This document shows, one piece after another, positions 8,154 to 16,308 of a stretch of DNA of 52,777 bases. The stretch's first letter is position 1, and each line of letters begins with the position of its first letter. The translations under genes were made by a program, and so were the position numbers. The notes beneath the pieces are model-generated. The model did not search any database and was not told where the DNA came from. It worked only from the letters and a program-made list of their open reading frames with translations. The DNA comes from a virus (taxonomy: Duplodnaviria > Caudoviricetes): the IMG/VR virus record IMGVR_UViG_3300021960_000095, positions 1 to 52,777 of that record; one strand, written 5' to 3'.

Positions 8154-9398
8154 TTGAATAAAGAATCTAAAAATTTCGAGTTTAAAGCAATTGATGATGT
8201 TAAGGGTTCAGTGGAAGCTGTCTTTTCAGTATTTAACAATATAGATACTGATGGTGACGTTGTGTTACCAGGCGCTATAAAAAGTGGTTTTAAAGATAAC
8301 CAAGTGCCTATGGTCTTTGCCCACAAGTGGGACCAGCCAATTGGAAAAGGTGTCATCTCTCAAGATGATGACAAAGCAACATTTACAGGTAACTTCTTTA
8401 TGGATACCGAGGCTGGCAAAGAGGCTTATCACCTTGCTAAAGGAATGGCTGACTTACAAGAGTGGTCGTTTGGATTTAGAATAAACGATGCTGAAGTCAA
8501 GGAATTCAAAAGCGAAGACGGTGAAGAAATTAGCGCAAGATTTTTAAAAGACCTCACAGTATTTGAGGTTTCCCCAGTCTTAGTAGGTGCAAATAGAGAA
8601 ACCTACACATTAGAAATCAAATCGGGAGAAGAAGCTGTCTATGAAGATTCCCTAAAAGCTCTTCCTAACGATTTATTTGAAACACAAGAAGAAGCAGAGA
8701 AGAGAGCTGAAGAACTAGGTTGTTCTGGTTCTCATAAAGAAATGCACGAGGGCAAAGAATATTATATGCCTTGTGATAACCACACTTCTTACTTAGCTTC
8801 AATGGAAAAAAGTTTGAGGAATGACGTCGAAGAAAAAGACGCTTCCGAAGATTCTGAATCTAATACTAGCGTGCAAGGTATGAGATTTTCAGACGAGGTA
8901 AAAGATGTGCTTGCTGCATTAGATAGCCTCATTGTAAGAGCAACTAGCATAGGCGAGTTGCGAAAGGGAGAGGGCAGAAAGTTGTCAGATAATGCAACTT
9001 CCGCACTTAGAGCAGTTCAAGAAGACTTGAACGATGCTTGGGCCGAAATTGACCAACTCATTGAGGAAGTCAGTGAAATCCCAGTATCTTCTGATGAAGA
9101 TGCAAAAGAAGAAGAATCAACAGATACAGAAACTCTTGAGGCCGAGGAAATCGTCTCAGAAGTTGAAGAATCTTCTACTGAGGAAATCGTAGAAGAAGCA
9201 GTAGCTGAAGATTCATCATCTGAAGTATCCGAATCTGAAGAAGCATCTGAAGAATCTATTGAAGAGGAAATAGAAATCGCTGAAGCAGAAGCTTCAGTTG
9301 AAGAAATTCCAGCTCAAGAGGAAGAAGATGACTCTGAATTGTTTGCAGCCACTCAGCAAATACTTGCTGATGCTGTAATTGCGGAAATCGACGAATAA
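8154..9398 (+). CDS. HK97-family prohead protease with small Cys/His insert and acidic tail
   Basis: DTDGDVVLPGA, PMVFAH, WSFGF, LFEVS-like EVSPVLVGAN motifs; TTG start after GGGGA; extended -10 TGTTAAAAT at 8112-8120. Confidence 0.92.
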   Translation: MNKESKNFEFKAIDDVKGSVEAVFSVFNNIDTDGDVVLPGAIKSGFKDNQVPMVFAHKWDQPIGKGVISQDDDKATFTGNFFMDTEAGKEAYHLAKGMADLQEWSFGFRINDAEVKEFKSEDGEEISARFLKDLTVFEVSPVLVGANRETYTLEIKSGEEAVYEDSLKALPNDLFETQEEAEKRAEELGCSGSHKEMHEGKEYYMPCDNHTSYLASMEKSLRNDVEEKDASEDSESNTSVQGMRFSDEVKDVLAALDSLIVRATSIGELRKGEGRKLSDNATSALRAVQEDLNDAWAEIDQLIEEVSEIPVSSDEDAKEEESTDTETLEAEEIVSEVEESSTEEIVEEAVAEDSSSEVSESEEASEESIEEEIEIAEAEASVEEIPAQEEEDDSELFAATQQILADAVIAEIDE

Positions 9399-9430
9399 GT
9401 ATAAGCAATTAAACAAGGAGACATTTTCAA

Positions 9431-10687
9431 ATGGCTGAAATTAAAGAGCTAAGAGAAAAAGTCGCTGCTAAAAGAGCTGAATTAAAAGAGCTTTTCGAGG
9501 CACAAGAAGACGGCAAGTACTCAGCCGAGCAAAAAGGAGAAATCCAATCTCGCAATGAAGAACTTGCAAGTCTAGTAGAAGAAGTAAATATTCTTTCTGC
9601 TAAAAGTGCTAACGAAAAAGCTATGAATGAAGATTCAGAGCCAGTTAGCGGCGGATACGCCGAAGAGGCATCCGAACCAATTTCAACAATTGGTGATGCA
9701 TTCGTTAAATCAGATGCATACAAAAACTACGTTACAAAAGGCGTAGGCGGAATTGACTCAACAGTCAAATTTAACCCAATGGGTTATAAAGCCACTTTAG
9801 GCGCGGGTACAACTGCTTCATATCCACCAGAGGTCTTAAGACAACCTGGTGTCATTGAAGAAAGTTTAAGAGACCCAAATGCAGTTATTGGACTTTTCGA
9901 CCAAATCGAAACAGACCAAAATGCATTCCAGTACCTTGAAGAAACCACTTTCACAAATGCTGCTGCTGAAGCAGCTGAAGAGGGTGCTGCTGCTGAAGCA
10001 GAACTTGACTTCACAGAGCAAACTGCTGCAATCAGAAAAATTGCAGTTTTCTTGCCAGTGACAGAAGAGTTACTCGCTGACGTTAGCGGAATTCAAGGTT
10101 ACGTAAATTCAAGATTATCAACAATGATGAGACTTCGTTTAGACGGACAGTTACTTAGTGGTGACGGTACCGCTCCTAACTTAGAAGGAATCCTCGATGC
10201 TGGTAAAACTCTTGTAAACTCTGTTGACTACTCCACATACGTAAGCGGTGGCGGAGAATTAAACAGAATGGGTGCAATCTATGAAGCAATCACTGACATT
10301 AGAACAGGTGCTTTCATAGAGCCAGATGCAATCGTAATGCATCCAAACGACTGGTACCAAACAGTAACAGCTGTTAGCGACATCACAACAAGCGGTTCAA
10401 AGAACCCATTGTTCGTTGCTGCAGGTGGATTTGGTGCTGGACCACAAGCATCACTTTGGGGATTAAAAGTTGTTCCTACAACTGCAATCTCTGAGGGTAC
10501 AGTGCTTGTCGGTAGATTCGGTGGCGGTGAAGCTGCTCACGTAGTTATGAAACAAGGTATTGATATCGCTGTTTCTGACAGTCACTCTGACTTCTTTTCC
10601 AAAGGAAAAGTTGCAATCAGAGCAACAATGCGTGTTGGTTTCCCAGTCTACAAACAAAAGGGATTTACCAAAATCACAAACTTCTAA
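9431..10687 (+). CDS. major capsid protein (HK97 fold) with N-terminal delta/scaffold domain
   Basis: Position after the protease; coiled-coil N-terminus; VTEELLAD, LLSGDG, IVMHPNDW, LWGLKVV; AAGGAG SD. Confidence 0.95.
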   Translation: MAEIKELREKVAAKRAELKELFEAQEDGKYSAEQKGEIQSRNEELASLVEEVNILSAKSANEKAMNEDSEPVSGGYAEEASEPISTIGDAFVKSDAYKNYVTKGVGGIDSTVKFNPMGYKATLGAGTTASYPPEVLRQPGVIEESLRDPNAVIGLFDQIETDQNAFQYLEETTFTNAAAEAAEEGAAAEAELDFTEQTAAIRKIAVFLPVTEELLADVSGIQGYVNSRLSTMMRLRLDGQLLSGDGTAPNLEGILDAGKTLVNSVDYSTYVSGGGELNRMGAIYEAITDIRTGAFIEPDAIVMHPNDWYQTVTAVSDITTSGSKNPLFVAAGGFGAGPQASLWGLKVVPTTAISEGTVLVGRFGGGEAAHVVMKQGIDIAVSDSHSDFFSKGKVAIRATMRVGFPVYKQKGFTKITNF

Positions 10688-10705
10688 AGTTAGAAGTTAC
10701 ATTTA

Positions 10706-10732
10706 GTAAAGGGGTCCCAGTGACCCCTTTAC
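10706..10732 (+). terminator. hairpin after the capsid gene (terminator or stabiliser)
   Basis: GTAAAGGGGTC-CCAGT-GACCCCTTTAC; weak U tract. Confidence 0.65.
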
Positions 10733-10760
10733 ACAAAGAATTAAGAATAGGAATTAATAA

Positions 10761-11006
10761 ATGGAATATATAGTAGCAAAGAAAGACATTTGGAAATTAC
10801 AAGACGGAACAATCTTTGAGGGTTCTGCTAACGAACTTCCAAAATCAAACGCTTCTAAAATAGCAAAAGCTGGAATGGAATATTCAGTTGCTTATTTAGA
10901 GAATAACGGCTGGAAAAAAGAAGCTCCTAAAAAAGCTGCACCTAAAAAAGCTGCACCAAAAGCAGAAAACAAAGCTGTTAAACCAGAAGACTTAGAAGAC
11001 AAGTAG
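10761..11006 (+). CDS. small head-associated protein
   Basis: 81 aa with PKKAA repeats and ENKA tail; typical position after a capsid gene. Confidence 0.7.
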   Translation: MEYIVAKKDIWKLQDGTIFEGSANELPKSNASKIAKAGMEYSVAYLENNGWKKEAPKKAAPKKAAPKAENKAVKPEDLEDK

Positions 11007-11013
11007 GCCATAA

Positions 11014-11700
11014 ATGGCTTTAAGTGCGGTTTCTGACGTAGAAAAAGTCCTTGGTGTAGATTTATCGACCAATGATGAGACCAACGTCACTAATGTTTTT
11101 ATACCAGCTGCAGATGCGGCTATAGAAAACTACGTTGGTTATGAGTTAGATTACCAATCAAGCATAGAGGAAAAATTTGATGGAAACGATGATGATTCAA
11201 TTTATCTTAAACACATACCGATTATCAGTGTTTCTTCTATTGTTGAAGATGGCGTTACTTTAACTGAGGGTAATTCTGAAGACTATGTTGTATATAAAAA
11301 GCAAGGCCTTATCAAAAGAACTGGTTTACAATACTGGTCAACTCAGAGACTACAAAATATCGTCGTTACTTACAGTGCTGGTTATTCTGACTCCGAAGTT
11401 AGTGCAGAAGATATTCCTAGTGATATAAAATTTGTATCAGCACGTGTTGCTGGTAGATTATGGGCTGCTTCAGCCAATATTTCCACACAACAATCAACTG
11501 GTGTAGTTTCAACCAACATCGCAGATAATTCAACAGATTCAAAGTTTCAAATGGTTAAATCAGAAAGTATTGGCGATTATGACGTCGAATATGAATCACT
11601 ATTAGACCAACTCAACCAAGAATTATTAAATCCAGCTGATAAATCAATATTATCTAAATATAAAAAACAATTCTTCACATCTGCTGGAATATTAGACTAG
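11014..11700 (+). CDS. head-tail adaptor (gp6/gp15-like)
   Basis: AADAAIENYVG, VVTYSAGY, IPSDIK, SESIGDYDVEY, ILSKYK. Confidence 0.8.
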   Translation: MALSAVSDVEKVLGVDLSTNDETNVTNVFIPAADAAIENYVGYELDYQSSIEEKFDGNDDDSIYLKHIPIISVSSIVEDGVTLTEGNSEDYVVYKKQGLIKRTGLQYWSTQRLQNIVVTYSAGYSDSEVSAEDIPSDIKFVSARVAGRLWAASANISTQQSTGVVSTNIADNSTDSKFQMVKSESIGDYDVEYESLLDQLNQELLNPADKSILSKYKKQFFTSAGILD

Positions 11701-11709
11701 ACTGTCTAT

Positions 11710-11895
11710 ATGGATTACAACGTAAATAAACAAATGCGTAAGCAATTCTTGCAAAACATAGAAATGGATAAGTTTCTAGAAGCAACTATTGAGCAAATGA
11801 ACTCATTAAGAATGAATGGTACAAACCTAGTTTCTGATATGGATGAGTTTGTAAATGGTTACTTAGCTGTTTGTAAGAAATACCCAATTAAATAG
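11710..11895 (+). CDS. hypothetical protein (probably leaderless)
   Basis: 61 aa; TAGACT (11698-11703) 6 nt before ATG; no SD. Confidence 0.6.
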   Translation: MDYNVNKQMRKQFLQNIEMDKFLEATIEQMNSLRMNGTNLVSDMDEFVNGYLAVCKKYPIK

Positions 11896-11900
11896 CTAGT

Positions 11901-12629
11901 ATGGAGGGCGTCGAATTTAAGACCGAGTATTCGGGTTTAGACGAAGTAGCACCAATACAACCAGCATCTCACTTTATTCCCCAGTGGTTTAAAGATATGC
12001 CTAGTCATATGGAATTTCCAGCTGGAGAGAGATTAAACCCTAGATATCAAAATATATTTGGTAAAACAGGTAAAATTGCTGAAAAATTTTATGGCTCAAC
12101 AATGAAGCGTTGCCCAGCAGTTGTTGATTTTGTTACTGAGGGATATATTATTCCTTACTGGACTGATACTTTAATACAGAGAGATGGAATGTCTCTTGAA
12201 GCAGATTCAAAAGATTGGCCAAAAAACATATCTTTTCACGATGCTAAACAAATACCCACATATCCTCTAGAAGAGGGTGATTTTCCTCACGCAGTCAAAT
12301 TTCACTCTCCTTGGTATTTTTATACGCCCAAAAACTACTCTCTCCTCTTCATACAGCCGTTTTACCAGTTTGAAAAGAGATTTACGGTACTACCCGCCAT
12401 AGTTCATACAGATAGTTGGCACGAAGTTAATTTTCCTACAATTATTCACGAAGAAAGCTTTACAATAAAGCAAGGAACACCATTTATGCAGGTTATACCT
12501 TTTAAAAGAAGTAAACTAGATATGGTTATGTCTTATTTGAAACAAAAAGATAAAGATAGATTAGATAGAAATAACTTATTTGTACAAACTAATTTTATTG
12601 GTGGATATAGAAAGGGAACAAATGGCTAG
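11901..12629 (+). CDS. DUF6065-like protein
   Basis: IPQWFKDMP, MKRCPAVVDFVTEGYIIP, FHSPWYFYTPKNYSLLF, IKQGTPFMQVIPFKR. Family name from memory. Confidence 0.6.
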   Translation: MEGVEFKTEYSGLDEVAPIQPASHFIPQWFKDMPSHMEFPAGERLNPRYQNIFGKTGKIAEKFYGSTMKRCPAVVDFVTEGYIIPYWTDTLIQRDGMSLEADSKDWPKNISFHDAKQIPTYPLEEGDFPHAVKFHSPWYFYTPKNYSLLFIQPFYQFEKRFTVLPAIVHTDSWHEVNFPTIIHEESFTIKQGTPFMQVIPFKRSKLDMVMSYLKQKDKDRLDRNNLFVQTNFIGGYRKGTNG

Positions 12630-12861
12630 ATATGACTACAAATGCCGTAGTTGTGAGCATATTTTTGAAGTAATACATTCTATTCAAGAAGACCCAAAGA
12701 TAAAATGTGAAAAATGTAAAAAATTATGTGATAGACAGTTGCCAACAACAGTTCATTTATACGGTACAGTTGGTATTGATTGGAATAGTGACCCAAGTAA
12801 AGCATCATCTAGTATGCAAAAAAGAGCACAAGACGCTAAAAAAAGAAAAAGAAAGTTCTAG
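12622..12861 (+). CDS. FmdB-family zinc-ribbon protein
   Basis: MARYDYKCRSCEHIFEV...CEKC; ATG 12622 with AAGGGA SD. Confidence 0.85.
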   Translation: MARYDYKCRSCEHIFEVIHSIQEDPKIKCEKCKKLCDRQLPTTVHLYGTVGIDWNSDPSKASSSMQKRAQDAKKRKRKF

Positions 12862-12956
12862 AGTTTTTCTTTTCTAGTTTCTTTTATAGAACGACACACA
12901 GCACAAATAACTTGACCCTCTACAGTAGGTCTTCCGCAATCTAAACATTCATTCAT
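12858..12956 (-). CDS. micro zinc-finger protein (32 aa)
   Basis: MNECLDCGRPTVEGQVICAVCRSIKETRKEKL; ATGA overlap with the SET gene. Confidence 0.55.
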   Translation of the reverse strand: MNECLDCGRPTVEGQVICAVCRSIKETRKEKL

Positions 12957-13273
12957 AATCTAGTAGCTACCTTGTATGTTGTGTATGTAAGAGTTAACTC
13001 TTCTTCGGGCATTATATCTATTTTAGCAATTAAAAATCTCTTGTCTCCAATATCAATAGTTTCACAGTTAGAATCTTCACTATGATTGATAAATCCACCT
13101 AAAGGAGTCCTAATCAATCCGTGTTGGTATTCACTACTTAAAACGTGTGAACACCCAAAATTAAATCCCTCTTTAAATATTGCAGTAGAAAATAAACCTA
13201 ATCCGTGAATTTTAGATGTTTTTATTGTCAACCCTATAGGTAAAGGGTAGTACATTTCGTTATCTTTTTCCAT
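12953..13273 (-). CDS. minimal SET-domain protein (putative lysine methyltransferase)
   Basis: SKIHGLGLF, GGFINHS..NC and EEELTLTY SET signatures. Confidence 0.88.
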   Translation of the reverse strand: MEKDNEMYYPLPIGLTIKTSKIHGLGLFSTAIFKEGFNFGCSHVLSSEYQHGLIRTPLGGFINHSEDSNCETIDIGDKRFLIAKIDIMPEEELTLTYTTYKVATRL

Positions 13274-13379
13274 TTTCCCTATCTGCTAACTTAAAATAAC
13301 ATTTATCACAAATTATAAGTGAGTCTTTGAAGTTTAAAGGTTCTTTGCATTTAACACAATGCGTTCTTTCATTCGCCAT
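13260..13379 (-). CDS. micro zinc-finger protein (39 aa)
   Basis: MANERTHCVKCKEPLNFKDSLIICDKCYFKLADRENGKR. Confidence 0.55.
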   Translation of the reverse strand: MANERTHCVKCKEPLNFKDSLIICDKCYFKLADRENGKR

Positions 13380-13527
13380 CTTCAAACCATTCTTTAGGAA
13401 ATCCCTCATTATTTTTTTCAATTTCCCATAAACGCATTTCGTTTTTCCATTCTATACGTTCAACTAGATGTTCTAGACCGTTAATAACGGATTCTAATAA
13501 TTGTATAAGTATTCTTCTGAGCGCCAT
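13369..13527 (-). CDS. hypothetical protein (52 aa)
   Basis: MALRRILIQLLESVING...WFEDGE; fills the gap and overlaps both neighbours. Confidence 0.5.
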   Translation of the reverse strand: MALRRILIQLLESVINGLEHLVERIEWKNEMRLWEIEKNNEGFPKEWFEDGE

Positions 13528-14045
13528 TTCTTTTCCCATTTCTTTGCGTTACCCCAACAAAATTTGCTAGCGTTCCAATCTTTCCAAGTTAGTTTACTAT
13601 AAGTATCTTCGGCAAGCAAGGATGCCATTTGAATATTGTAATAAGGTACGAACTGAACACGACGAGCTGACAAACCCTCTTCATTAATATCTAAGAGTGA
13701 ACCGAAGTACGGTTGCCCGTACCTCAGTATTATCCACTCATCCCATTTGGGCATATTATGCTTTGCAGCTACCCAATCCCACGTGGATGGAATAAATTGC
13801 ATGACTCCCGAATCGTCTGCTGATTTTCTATAAGCAGATGATTTACCTCTGCTCTCACACCAACCAATTCTTAAAGCTGTATATAAATTTTCTTCGTCAA
13901 AGTGTTCTATGTATTCGGGTAAGTGTTGAACCATATTTGTTGGTATGTTATCTAAACATCCAGTAATTTCGTTTAAGTTAGTAGTAGAGAGCTGGGTATC
14001 CCCTTGTCCAAAACTGGCTATTAATAATATGCAACTTGTAATCAT
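13494..14045 (-). CDS. exported lytic transglycosylase (SLT/Rpf-like)
   Basis: WCESRG (catalytic Glu) and GVMQFIPSTW; short hydrophobic N-terminus. Confidence 0.8.
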   Translation of the reverse strand: MITSCILLIASFGQGDTQLSTTNLNEITGCLDNIPTNMVQHLPEYIEHFDEENLYTALRIGWCESRGKSSAYRKSADDSGVMQFIPSTWDWVAAKHNMPKWDEWIILRYGQPYFGSLLDINEEGLSARRVQFVPYYNIQMASLLAEDTYSKLTWKDWNASKFCWGNAKKWEKKWRSEEYLYNY

Positions 14046-14051
14046 AGGGTT

Positions 14052-14081
14052 AATATAAGTGACCTATGGTCTTGTTGTCAA
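14052..14081 (-). promoter_or_regulatory. leaderless promoter of the transglycosylase-SET operon
   Basis: Minus strand TTGACA-18-TATATT, then 6 nt, then ATG 14045; GTCA 2 nt before the -10. Confidence 0.65.
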
Positions 14082-14326
14082 CTATTTAATTTTTTTTCAG
14101 CATCAGCTATAGCTAGAGATTTAGAATTACCTACTCCAAATGAAACTTGAGACATCCCAATCTTGCCTCTTTCATTCGTGTAGCTCTTAAATATCTGAGC
14201 TTCGAAGACTAACATATAATCGTTATAAGAAACGTTATAGGTATAGCCCTCTTTTTCAAACTGTTCGTTCAAAAAAGCTGGTGCATCATCTTGTCTAATG
14301 TCTACCATTACTCTTAATTCTAACAC
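14078..14326 (-). CDS. hypothetical protein
   Basis: 82-aa ORF; start uncertain. Confidence 0.55.
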   Translation of the reverse strand: MLELRVMVDIRQDDAPAFLNEQFEKEGYTYNVSYNDYMLVFEAQIFKSYTNERGKIGMSQVSFGVGNSKSLAIADAEKKLNS

Positions 14327-14446
14327 ACTTTGTTAGCTGAAATCACGAAATTCGTAAAAAAACACCAAAAAAAATAAAAAAAATTATTTAAGCCTATAAA
14401 CATTGGGGTTTATCTGTAGAAATCAATGAATTTAAGGTATCTCGAT

Positions 14447-14475
14447 TTGACAAGAAACAGTACGTCATCTATATT
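14447..14475 (+). promoter_or_regulatory. promoter with TGAC-N12-GTCA
   Basis: TTGACA-17-TATATT; ACGTCATC before the -10. Confidence 0.7.
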
Positions 14476-14506
14476 AGAGAATGACTATAAAACAAAAGGA
14501 GATGTT

Positions 14507-14767
14507 ATGACTACAGAAAAACTCGAAATCGAGTATCACGTGCTAAAAGATTCAGTTGCTAAACAGCAAAACTGGCCTTATAGCCCACTTCAAACAGAAC
14601 TAATAGATGAGGGTGTTGTCTATGTTGATAAAAAAGCTCAGCAAGACATCGTTACCATTACAGAATGGGTACATAACGAAACTCGAATCTACAACAAAAA
14701 AAATACCGACGAATCTATCACTTTCAGAGTAAGACTTGGTTCTTACTTTGATGGCGAAGAAGAATAA
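14507..14767 (+). CDS. hypothetical protein
   Basis: ATG 14507 with AGGAGA SD; the in-frame ATG at 14426 lies upstream of the promoter. Confidence 0.7.
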   Translation: MTTEKLEIEYHVLKDSVAKQQNWPYSPLQTELIDEGVVYVDKKAQQDIVTITEWVHNETRIYNKKNTDESITFRVRLGSYFDGEEE

Positions 14768-14781
14768 AAGGAGATAACAAT

Positions 14782-15387
14782 ATGAATAAAAAAATATGGA
14801 ATAATGGAGATAGTCCACAATCTGTAGTAGCAAGCAGATTTGCTGAGAACGAACTCGAAGATTTAAAGGCTGTAGAAAGAAAAGACATTTCTGACTACTC
14901 CGTAAATCAATTAAAAAGGAATCTTATTGATATCAAGTCTTACGGACTTTGGTCTCAAGATATTCCCGAAGTAAAAGACCTTGCGATAGGTGATACATTT
15001 GAAGTACCTCACTTCACATTTACACCTTATCGTCGAAGTAGAGGTGATTACAATGTTTGTAATGCTGTGTTCAAAGTTTTGGACAAGAAAACTATAAGCA
15101 AAGTAACAGAAGTGTTAAACGCTGACGGCACTAAGTTCGGAAAGCGTAAAACTAAGACTTCTTATGTTTTACTTGAGTGTGACCAAGATAGAGACCAAGG
15201 TCCCGACAATTGGTTTGAGATATGTTCTGACTTCTCTGCACGCAGAGACGGTGGAGGTTATTATTTCCCACTCAAGAAAAAGAAACAGCAATGGGTTTCT
15301 CAAAAACAGATACTTATGATGTTTCTGAAAGATGGAGGACTTTGTCCTCTAAAAAGACGCGGACAAGATTGCAGATACTGCAACTAA
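14782..15387 (+). CDS. hypothetical protein with C-terminal Cys cluster
   Basis: 201 aa; AGGAG SD; ends CP...CRYC. Confidence 0.75.
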   Translation: MNKKIWNNGDSPQSVVASRFAENELEDLKAVERKDISDYSVNQLKRNLIDIKSYGLWSQDIPEVKDLAIGDTFEVPHFTFTPYRRSRGDYNVCNAVFKVLDKKTISKVTEVLNADGTKFGKRKTKTSYVLLECDQDRDQGPDNWFEICSDFSARRDGGGYYFPLKKKKQQWVSQKQILMMFLKDGGLCPLKRRGQDCRYCN

Positions 15388-15412
15388 TTCGTTTCATATA
15401 AATCTTATGGCT

Positions 15413-15448
15413 AGCGGAGTTGACAAACTCCGCTTTGTCATATAAGGT
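15413..15448 (+). promoter_or_regulatory. promoter overlapping a hairpin and a perfect operator-like palindrome
   Basis: TTGACA-17-TAAGGT; TGACAAA-N6-TTTGTCA (15421-15440); hairpin AGCGGAGTT-GACA-AACTCCGCT. Confidence 0.6.
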
Positions 15449-15472
15449 AGAAGTATTACTGGGAGGTAAGAA

Positions 15473-16219
15473 ATGGCAAGAGACTACACCTTTGATGTCA
15501 AAGGTTTAATTAAAGAGATAGAGTATAAGCCTTGGGCAGATAACGTCTCTTTAGGAGAAAAATACGGAATATCTAGAGAAAGAGTTAGGCAAATCAGAAT
15601 ACAAAATGATTTACCAACTTCTATAGATGCAAAAAAACAATGGATGCTTGATAACTTCAATCTCTTTATTGATGGAGCTAGGAATGGTAAAACAGTTACT
15701 AATCCAAGATTCGTAAAACAATTTCCAATGAGTTCAAAACTTATGAAAATAGTTTTAGATGAAAATCCAACTCTTAAGAACTTGTACGAGTCAGCATTAG
15801 AAGATTGGGCAGATAGAATGGCTAATCCAACACATAAAACTTGTTTGATTTGTAAACAGAATAAGCCTATCAATGACTACTATACTTCTAAATCAGCTCG
15901 AACAAGAGATGGCTTCGACAGAAAGTGTAAAGAATGTAATGTTCGTGCCGTAAGTAAATATTACGAGTTACGAAAAGACAAACCTAAAACTACACCAACT
16001 GAAAAGTATTGTTCTGCAGTTCCCGAACTTGGAAAGTTACCAGCTTCTGAATTCAGAATAATGACTTCAGCCAATACTGGACTACAACCACAATGTACTC
16101 CATATCAAGACTTCTTCGTTAAGTTTAGAAAAGAACACGAAGTAGACGATGCAAGAGAATTAGCAAGAAGAGCAACTATGGCCTATTATAGAAATTTTGG
16201 TTCGGTCACTGCAAATTAA
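15473..16219 (+). CDS. HTH (sigma-r4-like) plus zinc-finger DNA-binding protein
   Basis: LGEKYGISRERVRQI helix-turn-helix; KTCLICKQNKP...RKCKEC and a degenerate second finger; GGGAGG SD. Confidence 0.75.
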   Translation: MARDYTFDVKGLIKEIEYKPWADNVSLGEKYGISRERVRQIRIQNDLPTSIDAKKQWMLDNFNLFIDGARNGKTVTNPRFVKQFPMSSKLMKIVLDENPTLKNLYESALEDWADRMANPTHKTCLICKQNKPINDYYTSKSARTRDGFDRKCKECNVRAVSKYYELRKDKPKTTPTEKYCSAVPELGKLPASEFRIMTSANTGLQPQCTPYQDFFVKFRKEHEVDDARELARRATMAYYRNFGSVTAN

Positions 16220-16251
16220 AATGTGATATACTGGAAGTTCATCTTGTCTAT

Positions 16252-16288
16252 GTCGAGACCGACCCTCGTGGTCGGTTTTGGCTTTTTT
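16252..16288 (+). terminator. intrinsic terminator
   Basis: GTCGAGACCGACC-CTCGT-GGTCGGTTTTGGC followed by T6. Confidence 0.85.
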
Positions 16289-16308
16289 GGGACTGCTAGA
16301 ATAAGTAT

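Noticed and set aside
14481-14510. Nine-codon uORF overlapping ATG 14507 (and MSV* at 3025)
   Set aside because: Too short to distinguish from chance; the 14507 gene has its own SD.
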